A DNA stretch of 64,000 nucleotides. Origin: Chloroflexota bacterium (lineage in GTDB: Bacteria > Chloroflexota > Anaerolineae > Anaerolineales > UBA4823). Made by a program: the position numbers and the translations under genes. Below the pieces are notes generated by a model, which saw nothing but the letters and a program-made list of their open reading frames with translations, had not been told where the DNA came from and did no database searches. Where the stretch lies: positions 332,803 to 396,802 of the forward strand of contig JAJUJL010000002.1 in NCBI GenBank assembly GCA_029265355.1, written 5' to 3'. Positions 53,936 to 63,083 of the stretch are shown here, one piece after another. Within the stretch, counting starts at the first letter, position 1. Each line of letters starts with the position of its first letter.

Positions 53936-56900
53936 TTACTTTCTCATCTGCAGCGGCAGGTACACATACGCAATGTGCGGTGTTTTCACTTCCAAAGGCG
54001 CGGATAGCGTGCTGTAGTTGCCCGAATTATCATACGCCAACACGGCCAGGTAAACTTGCTCGGTCCAGGCAGGCACAGGCAGCGTGGCGCAGTTGACGTT
54101 GCCCACCTCGAAGATGCCCAAATCGTAAACGCCGGATTGGCTGCCCAGGTAAACCGTATAACCGGTCACATCCACCTCGCTGTTCAAGGTCCAACAGGCT
54201 TGCAACGAGCCATCGTACTCAGCTTGTAAGCCCACTGGCGGTGATGGGGGAGTATCATTGATGACAGACACGGTTTGGGCAAAGTACGCCGTGACCGGGA
54301 GATTCTTCAAGTCATCGATCTCTGCATAAATATAATATTTGCCGCTCTGAACACCCACCGGCTGCCACAGGTGGCTGCCCTGTGCCGGGTCGATACCGCT
54401 GGCGATGAGCGTACCATCAGCACCTTGCCCATCCGTATCATAGTACAGAGAGAGCGTGGTGTCCTTGTCGCTGTCCAGGGCATTCCATTCGATCAGATAG
54501 CCGGTTGGCGCTTGCATACCCTCGGCGGACAAGGCTGATAGAGCGGATGGCGCAATTTCGGGCGGAAGATTTCGCCCATAAGACTCAAAACGATAGTTCT
54601 CACCACCCTTGAGGTTATCGATGATCGCTTCCCACACGCCGGGCAGCGGTTTTTGAATGAAGAATGTGCTGGTGGTTTTGGTTTCGGTGTATGCCAGGCC
54701 AGGATACAACGGCGAAGGCTCGACCAAGGTGCCTTCGGGGTCGCGCAGCAGAAGCAGCGGCTCGCCGTTTTCCCAGCTCATGCCCGCCAGGAGCAGGTCG
54801 GTGTGATCCACTGTGAAGGTGATCACGTGCCCGGCCTCGGGTGGATGTCCAATGGCGTCATAGTAAGCCTGGATGAGCGGCTGATCTGCCAGCCGGTATC
54901 GGTCAAGGCTGCTGCCGTAGTCCAGGTTGCCGTTCACATCCAGGAAGAAGGCGTAGGATGCCAGGGTGATCTTTTTGAAGAGGGCATTGATGGTGATATC
55001 CACGGCGCCCTTGAATCCATACACTGGGCTGGTGCAGTAGCGGTCGGTGCAGAATTCGCCCACTTGAGCGCTGACGGAGCCAAAAGTGAAGTCCGCTGGC
55101 GGCAAGTCGATGCCGGCAAAGCTGCCCAGCGCGCCTTTCTTGAAGCCCAGCGTCACCTGCGCCGAGCCGGTGAAATGGAACTCGCCGCCCGAGCGCCAGA
55201 CATGCAGGCTGGCCGTCCCGCTCATGGCATACGGCAAGTAGTTCACGTTCACACTGCCCACCAAACCGTTGGACTGGCTGAGCACCAGTGAGGCTTCGGC
55301 CGCGTCGAAGATCAGCACCTGCACCTCGCCGCTGACCCCCACCTCGTAAGGCTGGTTGAGCTTGACCCAGACCGAGGGGGAACCGGAGACGACCGGCCCC
55401 AGGGGCGGAACTTCGAGCTGCGACTCGATCGTGCCGGTGATCTGCACCCGCACTTCCGGGCGCAACGTGACCCGTCCTTCCATACCTGTCAGCGCCATGC
55501 CGCTCTGCCCGATGGGGATGCCAGGTTCGATGGTTCCACCCATCAATATGTAGTGCAATCCATCCTGGCTCAGCTCGAACTCGGCGTACAGCGCGCCGGT
55601 GTAGGTGGTACCAGGCGTCTTCTTGCTCTGAATGTTTGGCAAGCTGAAATCAGCCCGCCCGCTCAGTGTGTAATTCCCGTCCGGCTCCAACGCCAATGTC
55701 ACCGAGGCGCCGGCAACGCTAAATTTTCCGGCAGTGCCCGGCACAGCCATCTCAGGCAAGCTGACCTTGATCTCGCCGCCTCCCACTTTTTCCAGGCCGT
55801 TACGCGAGAGCACGATGTCGCTCACCGAGCCTTCTGCGCCCAGGTCCAGGCTGGCAGGCAGGGCGATGCTGGCTTTGGAGATGGTGATCTTGCCGCCTGT
55901 GGTGGGTGCATAGCTGAAGACGGCTTCTTCGACTTGGAAGGTGACGCCAGCTATCTCAAATTCCAGGTCACCCACACCTAGGCCACCCTCGATGACGCCG
56001 CTGTGGTGGAGTTTGAAGTCGATCATGGCGCTGTTGAGCACACCTTCCAGCGGGTACGCCAGGGCGCGCACGCGTCCCTTGGCCCAGCCTGCGATAGCAT
56101 TGAACTGGAAATCCTGCACCGGCGTGGCCTCATCCACATTCAAATCGCCCAAGGTGGCAAGCGTCGAGAGTGCGTTGGCTGGCATATCCGCCAGCCCGGA
56201 GGATGGATCCAGGTTGAACGGTCCGGCAAAGAGCGGCGCTGAGCGCCCGCCATCGATCAGCAGGTACACAATGCTGTCGGATGAACCTTCGATGATCGAG
56301 CTGGCATAATCCAGCAGAGCTGAACCCTGCAGCAGAGCGATATACATGCTGCCGGATGGCCCAAAGCGCACATTGCCGGAGGCTTCCCAAAGGTCGGTCG
56401 AGATCTGGGTGAATGTGTTGGCGTACACGACCAGGTTGCCGATGGTACGGCTGTTGGCAGGCGGCGGCGCGGCGGTCGGCAACAAGCCCGGCGGTGTGGG
56501 GGTGGGGCCCTGCCCGGGTGCAAAGGTGGGTTGAAGCGTAGCCGTAGGCGTGATGGTGGGCGTAGCAGTCGGCGCGCCGGGCGGTGTGCTGGTGGGCTGC
56601 AGGGTGTCGATAATAAATGACTGGCTGATGCTCTCTGCCAGGGTGGTACCTGAATAGGTGCGCGCTCGCACGCGCCAGTAGTATGTACCCGGAGCGTAGG
56701 TATCGCGGTATTCCCGGTAAGGGGTGTAGGTGGTGTAATCTGTGGTCACCGTGTCATAGGATGTGGAAAAGGTTGGGCTGGTGCTGACATACAGTGTGTA
56801 GTGATCAGCCCCCGGAAACTGCGACCAATGGAAGGTGGGCGCGCTTCCCATCGAAGCGCCGTCTGCTGGCAGGAGCAGATGCAGAGGTTGTTGCTTGGTA

Positions 56901-58966
56901 AAAGGCTGCGTAGCGCTGACGGCGATCTGTGTGCCAACGTTGTCGCGGCCGGCTACTTTCCACCAGTAGAACGTACCGTTGGGATAGCTATCGACCGAGG
57001 AGACTTCTGGGGTGTATTGGTTGTATTCGGTGGTGACCGTGTCGTAGCTGGTAGAAAAATCCGGCGATTTGCTGACCCACAGCGTGTAATGGTCAACGCC
57101 GATCAAGGGATCCCAACGGAAGGTTGGATCCAGGGTGAGGTAAGCGCCTGAGCCGGGAGCGAGCAAGGTTTCGCTGATGGCTTTGGTAAAGGTGCGCAGC
57201 TCGCTTTCTGCCAGGGTGGTGCCGACGGCGTTGCGGGCGCGCACCCGCCAGTGATACGTACCCGCGCGATAGGTATCCACCTCACTTAAATTGGTTGTGA
57301 AGGCGGTGGCGTCGGTGGTGATCGTCGAGTAGGCGCTCATATCGCTCTTGAGCAAGTCGATGGTGTAGTGATCGGCACCGGGGTGGGGCATCCACGAAAA
57401 TTGAGGGTCCTGGAACAGTGTTGCGCCTTCATGGGGAGTGTTAAGTAGCACGGATGCTTGCTTGGTCAGCGAAAAAACATTGCTGGTGGAAAGCAGTGTT
57501 CCCACAGAATTGCGAGCTTCCACTTTCCAGTAGTAGGTGCCGGTAGGGTAGCTGTCGATGCCTGCCACGGCGGGAGTGTAGCTGGTGTAGGAGGTGGTTT
57601 CCGAGGCATAGGTACTGGCGAAGTCGGGCGTTTTACTGACGCGCACCGTGTAACGCGCGGCGCCGACCACCGGCGTCCAGCGGAAGGTAGGATCGTTGGA
57701 AACAACCTCGCCGTTGCCCGGAGTCAATAACTCTGGAACGGTATCAAAAGCCGCCGGCGGCGCGAGCACGACCACGCTGCGCGCCGGAGAAGGTTGCCCG
57801 GGGTGCTGTCGCCCATCCATGCTGCGCACGCGCCAGTAATAAGTGCCCGGGGAAAGCAGTGTAAAAGGTGTGTAGACCGTATTGTAGGTATCGAAGGTTT
57901 GCAGGTTGGTGGTGAAAGCCGGGTCCTTCGCCAACTCCAACCGGTAGTAAGAGGCGCCTGAAGCTGAGTTCCAAATAAATGTTGGCGTGCTGCGGCTGGC
58001 GCCTTCCGGCGGGTTTGCCAGGGTGGGCGCCGGCAGCTTACGGATGAAGGTGCGCGCTGGGCTGGGTGTGCCTGGATTATTATCAGCGTCCATGGGCACG
58101 ACACGCCAGTAATAGGTGGCTTCGGCGAGGGAAACGGCGGGAATATAGGAGAGGTTACCCGTGGCCTGGGAATGGACCAGTGGGTCGAAATCAGGTTCCA
58201 GGCTGATCTCTACATGGTAGTAAACCGCGCCTGGGCTGCGTTGCCAGGCGAAGCGCGGCTCGGTCACCGTTTCGCCATTCAGAGGCGTAGAGAGGAGTGG
58301 GGCAGGGAGGTGCTTGGTGAAAGTGAACACTTCGCTGGGATTGCCAGGGTGATCGCCAGAGTCGTAAGGCACCACCCGCCAGGCATACACGTTGTTGGGG
58401 AAGCTGTCGGTGGGTGTAATCGCCAGGTTATAGGTTTTGTGCGTATAGTCTATGTTCGTGAAAGTGGGATCTGTGGAGATCTGTAATAGATAATAGGTTG
58501 CGCCTTCGCTCTGACTCCATTCAAAAGATGGGTTGGTGATGGCGGCGTAGCGCGGCGGGGAGATCAGCGTTGGCGCGGGGATGTACTTGGTGAAGTATAC
58601 TCGTGAGCTCCAATCGCCGGGTGTGTCAGTGGCATCATAAGCGCGCACGCGCCAGTAGAGCGGTGCGTTGGGCAAGGAGGTGGCGCTGTCGGGCGTGACC
58701 GTCAGGTAATCGCTTTTCCCGCTCCAGTAAACGGTCGTTGGACTGGATTGAGGACCGACCTCGATCTCGTAATACGCTGCGCCAGGTGAGGGCATCCAGG
58801 AGAAAGTCGGGGTGATGATCGCATCATCGTTCTTGGGCAGCAGCGGGGTGGGCGCTGCCAGCAAAGCCCAGCCGATAGCAAAAAAGCCGGCCAACAAGGC
58901 TGCGGCGATCACAAATGGAATCAGCAGCAGCATGACGCGCCAACGGGGAAGATCAATGCGTATCAT
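53936..58966 (-). CDS. Giant (1676 aa) membrane-anchored/secreted protein: 8 tandem Ig/FN3-like modules, Pro/Thr linker, large beta-rich C-terminal region
   Basis: GGGAGGG SD. N-terminal TM anchor. Repeats span aa 42-787. PT-rich linker (56450..56605). PPC-like and FN3-like segments lie near the C-terminus. The protein ends YVYLPLQMRK. Confidence 0.85.
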   Translation of the reverse strand: MIRIDLPRWRVMLLLIPFVIAAALLAGFFAIGWALLAAPTPLLPKNDDAIITPTFSWMPSPGAAYYEIEVGPQSSPTTVYWSGKSDYLTVTPDSATSLPNAPLYWRVRAYDATDTPGDWSSRVYFTKYIPAPTLISPPRYAAITNPSFEWSQSEGATYYLLQISTDPTFTNIDYTHKTYNLAITPTDSFPNNVYAWRVVPYDSGDHPGNPSEVFTFTKHLPAPLLSTPLNGETVTEPRFAWQRSPGAVYYHVEISLEPDFDPLVHSQATGNLSYIPAVSLAEATYYWRVVPMDADNNPGTPSPARTFIRKLPAPTLANPPEGASRSTPTFIWNSASGASYYRLELAKDPAFTTNLQTFDTYNTVYTPFTLLSPGTYYWRVRSMDGRQHPGQPSPARSVVVLAPPAAFDTVPELLTPGNGEVVSNDPTFRWTPVVGAARYTVRVSKTPDFASTYASETTSYTSYTPAVAGIDSYPTGTYYWKVEARNSVGTLLSTSNVFSLTKQASVLLNTPHEGATLFQDPQFSWMPHPGADHYTIDLLKSDMSAYSTITTDATAFTTNLSEVDTYRAGTYHWRVRARNAVGTTLAESELRTFTKAISETLLAPGSGAYLTLDPTFRWDPLIGVDHYTLWVSKSPDFSTSYDTVTTEYNQYTPEVSSVDSYPNGTFYWWKVAGRDNVGTQIAVSATQPFTKQQPLHLLLPADGASMGSAPTFHWSQFPGADHYTLYVSTSPTFSTSYDTVTTDYTTYTPYREYRDTYAPGTYYWRVRARTYSGTTLAESISQSFIIDTLQPTSTPPGAPTATPTITPTATLQPTFAPGQGPTPTPPGLLPTAAPPPANSRTIGNLVVYANTFTQISTDLWEASGNVRFGPSGSMYIALLQGSALLDYASSIIEGSSDSIVYLLIDGGRSAPLFAGPFNLDPSSGLADMPANALSTLATLGDLNVDEATPVQDFQFNAIAGWAKGRVRALAYPLEGVLNSAMIDFKLHHSGVIEGGLGVGDLEFEIAGVTFQVEEAVFSYAPTTGGKITISKASIALPASLDLGAEGSVSDIVLSRNGLEKVGGGEIKVSLPEMAVPGTAGKFSVAGASVTLALEPDGNYTLSGRADFSLPNIQSKKTPGTTYTGALYAEFELSQDGLHYILMGGTIEPGIPIGQSGMALTGMEGRVTLRPEVRVQITGTIESQLEVPPLGPVVSGSPSVWVKLNQPYEVGVSGEVQVLIFDAAEASLVLSQSNGLVGSVNVNYLPYAMSGTASLHVWRSGGEFHFTGSAQVTLGFKKGALGSFAGIDLPPADFTFGSVSAQVGEFCTDRYCTSPVYGFKGAVDITINALFKKITLASYAFFLDVNGNLDYGSSLDRYRLADQPLIQAYYDAIGHPPEAGHVITFTVDHTDLLLAGMSWENGEPLLLLRDPEGTLVEPSPLYPGLAYTETKTTSTFFIQKPLPGVWEAIIDNLKGGENYRFESYGRNLPPEIAPSALSALSAEGMQAPTGYLIEWNALDSDKDTTLSLYYDTDGQGADGTLIASGIDPAQGSHLWQPVGVQSGKYYIYAEIDDLKNLPVTAYFAQTVSVINDTPPSPPVGLQAEYDGSLQACWTLNSEVDVTGYTVYLGSQSGVYDLGIFEVGNVNCATLPVPAWTEQVYLAVLAYDNSGNYSTLSAPLEVKTPHIAYVYLPLQMRK
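56606..58843 (-). repeat. Intragenic tandem repeat: eight diverged modules of about 91-97 codons
   Basis: Each module has the pattern L-x-P-x-x-G...P-x-F-x-W...G-A-x-x-Y...Y-T-P...G-T-Y-Y-W-R-V...F-T-K. Module boundaries counted at aa 42, 134, 225, 316, 413, 508, 602, 698 and 787. Confidence 0.8.
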
Positions 58967-59234
58967 AGGCCCTCCCGAAGATTTTCAATTGTTTTCTGTG
59001 CGCTGGTTACCGGAAGACCTGTGCAGGTGGGTGACTCCCTGCATAGGCACAATGTTGGCGTTGAATTGCGTAATGCTCGGAATTTGCGCGATCTTTCACG
59101 ATGAGTATAGCAAAAATCGAATAACGATGCAATATGTTTTGGTCACGAATTGGAAATGAAAATGCCGCCCTGGCGCAATCTCCAGGCCAAAACACGCTAA
59201 GACTAGATCTTCCGACTCGCTCGCCGCCTATCAA

Positions 59235-59243
59235 TGATACAAT
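59235..59243 (+). promoter_or_regulatory. Extended -10 element TGATACAAT placed for a leaderless pabBC transcript
   Basis: TGaTACAAT ends 6 nt before the ATG at 59250. No SD is present in CACGCC. Confidence 0.35.
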
Positions 59244-59249
59244 CACGCC

Positions 59250-61049
59250 ATGCAGTTTCCGCCCCCGCTCCACAGCGCCTTGCTGCGCGACGGTCCCGGC
59301 GGTGAGTGGCTCTACTTCCGCTCGCCGGAGGAGATCATCGAAGCCAGTCGGCTGGATCAAGTGCTCCCTGGCCTGGCGTTGGTTGAGGCGCGTGTGCAAG
59401 AAGGGCTGCACGCGGCTGGCTTCGTCAGCTACGAGGCGTCGCCTGCCTTCGACCCTAAGCTGGAAACCCTCCCACCTGACGATTTCCCGCTGTTATGGTT
59501 CGGGTTGTACGCCGAGCCGCAGCGCCTGGCGCGCCTGCCGAAGCCGCCCATCAACGAGCCCTTGCCCCAGCTAGACTGGCAGCCGAACGCCGAGCGCCCG
59601 CAATACGACGCCGCCATCGCCCAGATCAAGGAGCATATCGCCCGCGGCGACACTTACCAGGTGAACTACACCCTGCGCCTGCACACGCCCTTCGACGACG
59701 ATCCATGGGCGCTCTTCCTGCGACTGGCGGCGGCGCAGTCCGCCGGCTATGCCGCCTACCTCGACACCGGGCGCTTTGTGCTGTGCTCGGCCTCGCCGGA
59801 GCTGTTCTTCGAGCTGCAGAGCGAGAATATCCACTCAAAGCCAATGAAGGGCACTGTCGGGCGTGGGCGCACACTGGCAGAAGACCTCCAACAAGCGGAG
59901 TGGCTGGCTAGATCAGAGAAAGACCGCGCCGAGAATGTGATGATTGTGGACATGCTGCGCAACGACCTGGGTCGCGTGGCGCAAGTGGGCAGCGTGCACG
60001 TGCCAGCCTTGTTTGAATTGGAGCGTTACCCGACGCTGTGGCAGATGACCTCCACTGTGGCAGCTCGCACCGAAGCCTCGCTGGTGGATATTTTCAAGGC
60101 CATCTTCCCGTGCGCCTCGATCACCGGCGCGCCGAAGCGCCGCACGATGCAGATCATCGCCGCTCTGGAAACCGCCCCGCGCCGCGCTTACTGCGGCGCC
60201 ATCGGGCAGCTCTCGCCTGGGCGTCAGGCGCGCTTCAATGTCGCCATTCGTACCGTGATTGCCGACCGGCAAGAAAAACAGGCAGAGTATGGCGTGGGCG
60301 GCGGCATCGTGTGGGACTCGACCAGCCAGGGCGAATACGATGAGTGCCTGGTGAAAGCGCGCGTGCTCACCGATCAGCGCCCGGATTTTCGCTTGCTGGA
60401 GAGCCTGCTCTGGTCACCCGAGACCGGCTTTTACTTGATGGAGGCGCATCTGCAGCGGTTGAAGGATTCGGCGGAATATTTCGATTTCAGCCTGGACCTC
60501 GGTCGCGTGCAGGCAGAGCTCACGGCCTTTGCTGCGGAGTTGCCGCCCTCTGCCCATAAATTGCGGTTGCTGCTATCCAAAGATGGAACGCTCGAACTGC
60601 AAGCGCAGGCGCTCGAAGGCGGCTGGCCGCGGCGCATACCCGCTCACGACCCGCGGGCAAGCGCGTTGTTGCTGGGCATTGCCGCCCAACCGGTGAATAA
60701 CCATGATCCCTTTCTTTTCCACAAGACCACTAACCGCCAGGTTTACGAGCGGGCCCTGGCCTCCTGCCCGGAATGCGATGACGTGATCCTGTGGAATCAG
60801 CGCGACGAACTGACAGAAACTTGCTTTGGGAACCTGGTGCTGACACTCGATGGCAGGAGATTGACGCCGACTCTGGATTGCGGGTTGCTGCCTGGGGTGT
60901 TTCGCCAAATGCTGCTGGAGACCGGGCAGGTGCAGGAAACCATGCTGCGGCTGGAAGACCTGGCGCGCTGCACGGAAATTTTCGTCGTTAACTCGGTGCG
61001 CGGTTGGCGGCGGGCTCAGGTGCTGCATGGCGAAAACGCTTACGCTTAG
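59250..61049 (+). CDS. pabBC: Fused aminodeoxychorismate synthase component I (PabB) and aminodeoxychorismate lyase (PabC, class IV aminotransferase fold)
   Basis: Chorismate-binding motifs GDTYQVNYTLRL, SPELFF, KPMKGT, ENVMIVDMLRNDLGRV, TGAPKRRTMQII and YCGAIG. The C-terminal roughly 230 aa resemble class IV PLP enzymes (NLVLTLDGRRLTP..GLLPGVFR). Confidence 0.85.
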   Translation: MQFPPPLHSALLRDGPGGEWLYFRSPEEIIEASRLDQVLPGLALVEARVQEGLHAAGFVSYEASPAFDPKLETLPPDDFPLLWFGLYAEPQRLARLPKPPINEPLPQLDWQPNAERPQYDAAIAQIKEHIARGDTYQVNYTLRLHTPFDDDPWALFLRLAAAQSAGYAAYLDTGRFVLCSASPELFFELQSENIHSKPMKGTVGRGRTLAEDLQQAEWLARSEKDRAENVMIVDMLRNDLGRVAQVGSVHVPALFELERYPTLWQMTSTVAARTEASLVDIFKAIFPCASITGAPKRRTMQIIAALETAPRRAYCGAIGQLSPGRQARFNVAIRTVIADRQEKQAEYGVGGGIVWDSTSQGEYDECLVKARVLTDQRPDFRLLESLLWSPETGFYLMEAHLQRLKDSAEYFDFSLDLGRVQAELTAFAAELPPSAHKLRLLLSKDGTLELQAQALEGGWPRRIPAHDPRASALLLGIAAQPVNNHDPFLFHKTTNRQVYERALASCPECDDVILWNQRDELTETCFGNLVLTLDGRRLTPTLDCGLLPGVFRQMLLETGQVQETMLRLEDLARCTEIFVVNSVRGWRRAQVLHGENAYA

Positions 61050-61560
61050 ATTCACGCCCACCCCCGAAGATTACGCCCGCACGGTGACGCTGATGACGCT
61101 GAGGCGCTGGCCGGTGCGCATCTTCACTGCAGTCATGGCTGCTGCGCCGCTTGGAGGTCTTTACCTGATGCTGACTGGCGGCGAGACGCAGTCGTACGTG
61201 GCGCTGTACTTCCTGCTCATGCCGCTGGTGTATTTCGCCTTCATCTTCTGGCTCAACCCAACCAGCACCAAACGCAAGATTGCCGCCAGCGAGCGCCTGC
61301 GCAGTCCGTCCACCTGGGTGGTGGGAACGCGCACGCTGATGATCAAGAACGCTTATAAGGAGCACAAGCTCAATTGGAGCGATTTCAGCGCCCTGGTCGA
61401 GCACCGCCAGTACTTCTTGCTGCCGTACCGCGACAAGCCGCGCGCCTATCACTTCCTACCGCGCCGCGTCTTCGAAAGTCCCGAGCAGGAGCAGGCCTTC
61501 CGCGAGCTGGCAAACCAGGGGATCGCTCAACCCGGTAAGACAAAAGGAACGCGCCCATGA
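61027..61560 (+). CDS. YcxB-like membrane protein
   Basis: Two central TM helices followed by the YcxB-type C-terminus (YFLLPYRDKPRAYHFLPRRVF.SPEQEQAF). Overlaps pabBC by 23 nt. Confidence 0.55.
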   Translation: MAKTLTLRFTPTPEDYARTVTLMTLRRWPVRIFTAVMAAAPLGGLYLMLTGGETQSYVALYFLLMPLVYFAFIFWLNPTSTKRKIAASERLRSPSTWVVGTRTLMIKNAYKEHKLNWSDFSALVEHRQYFLLPYRDKPRAYHFLPRRVFESPEQEQAFRELANQGIAQPGKTKGTRP

Positions 61561-62345
61561 AGCTGACCCTGCTGCGCCACGCCACCTTGCTGCTGGAGTA
61601 CGCCGGACTGCGCTTGCTGATAGATCCCATGCTCAGCCCTGCTGGAGCGCTCGACCCGGTTGCCAATGCCGGCAACGACCGGCGCATCCCACTGGTTGAG
61701 CTGCCGCTCAACCTCGCCGAGCTAGATGCGCTGCTGGCCAGCCTGGACGGCGTGCTGGTCACCCACACGCACCGCGACCATTGGGATGCTGCAGCCCAGC
61801 GGCTGCTGCGCAAAGACATGGCGGTGCTTTGCCAACCGGAAGACGAGGCGAAGCTGCGCGATACCGGCTTTCGCGAGGCGCTGCCTGTGCCACAGAATGT
61901 GCAGTGGCGCGGCATTCGCCTGCAGCGCACTGGCGGCGAGCACGGCACCGGCGAGCTCGGTAAGCGCATGGGGACGGTGTCCGGTTTCGTGCTGCAGGCT
62001 GAAGGTGAGCCGGTGGTGTATATCGCCGGGGATACGGTCTGGTGCCCGGCAGTGGCGCAGGCGGTGATCGAATTCTCACCTGCGGTGGTGGTGGTCAACG
62101 CCGGCGAGGCCCGTTTCCTGGAGGGTGACCCGATTACCATGTCTGCCGCCGATGTAGCGCAGGTGTGCCGCGCTGCTCCCCAGGCGCGGGTGATCGCCGT
62201 GCACTTTGAGGCAGTCAATCATTGCCGTTTGAGCCGCGCCGCGTTGCGTCGGTCATTGGCGGAGGTGGGCCTGGAGGCGCAAGTGGATATACCCTTGGAT
62301 GGGGAGACGTTGGAGTTCCCGACCAAAGTGGAACCTGGCGGCTGA
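61557..62345 (+). CDS. MBL-fold metallo-hydrolase
   Basis: HxHxDH motif VTHTHRDHWD. ATGA overlap with the previous gene. Confidence 0.8.
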   Translation: MKLTLLRHATLLLEYAGLRLLIDPMLSPAGALDPVANAGNDRRIPLVELPLNLAELDALLASLDGVLVTHTHRDHWDAAAQRLLRKDMAVLCQPEDEAKLRDTGFREALPVPQNVQWRGIRLQRTGGEHGTGELGKRMGTVSGFVLQAEGEPVVYIAGDTVWCPAVAQAVIEFSPAVVVVNAGEARFLEGDPITMSAADVAQVCRAAPQARVIAVHFEAVNHCRLSRAALRRSLAEVGLEAQVDIPLDGETLEFPTKVEPGG

Positions 62346-62466
62346 GAGCGCCGTCCACGCTTCCAGAGAGTTGCACGATCGTCTTCGGGTGGAGCGGATG
62401 CGTGATATGATCCGTGGATGGTTGGTTCCCTGAAATACAGCCATTGCCTGGCTAGAGGCGAACTTT

Positions 62467-63039
62467 ATGTATAAAAAGATTCTTGCCTTGTTGATTTTCC
62501 TTCAAGCCATTGTCTTGCTCTCCGCGTGCCAATCTACCACCGGAAAGACGGCACCGGCTACCGGTCACAGCGGCGATGAAGCGGCTCACGCCGCAGCCGC
62601 AACGCCGCTGCCTGGTTGGAGCACCTACCACAATGAAAAGTATGCCTTTCTTCTGGATGCGCCTCCCGGCTGGCAGGTGATGGAAACGCCGAATGCGGAT
62701 TACCCCACGGCAAGTGAGCAGGTGTGGTTGAGCGCAGAGAGCTTTGCGCCTTTCAGCGAGAACGTTCTTCCGGATATCCTGGTTACCATATCTCACGAAA
62801 GCCCGGCTTCGGCATGGGAACCGCAGTACTTTGACGACTACCGCGTTGAACTGATGGCAGGTGAAATGCCGGTGGAGGCGACTTACATCACCGGTGTGAG
62901 CAAAGCAACGGGAGCTCGCCAGGAGGTCGTTATCGCTCGCCTGCCGGGGGGCGTTTTCCTGGAGCTGCAGCGCAGCGGGGTTGATGAGATGAGCGAGATA
63001 TTCAACCAGTTGGTGCGCACACTGAGGCCGGCGGAGTAA
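62467..63039 (+). CDS. Putative lipoprotein
   Basis: MYKKILALLIFLQAIVLLSAC signal and lipobox. No family recognised. Confidence 0.6.
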   Translation: MYKKILALLIFLQAIVLLSACQSTTGKTAPATGHSGDEAAHAAAATPLPGWSTYHNEKYAFLLDAPPGWQVMETPNADYPTASEQVWLSAESFAPFSENVLPDILVTISHESPASAWEPQYFDDYRVELMAGEMPVEATYITGVSKATGARQEVVIARLPGGVFLELQRSGVDEMSEIFNQLVRTLRPAE

Positions 63040-63083
63040 GTGCAAGGCAGGAATAGCGTGGTTTTACGCAGGGATTGCCCGAG

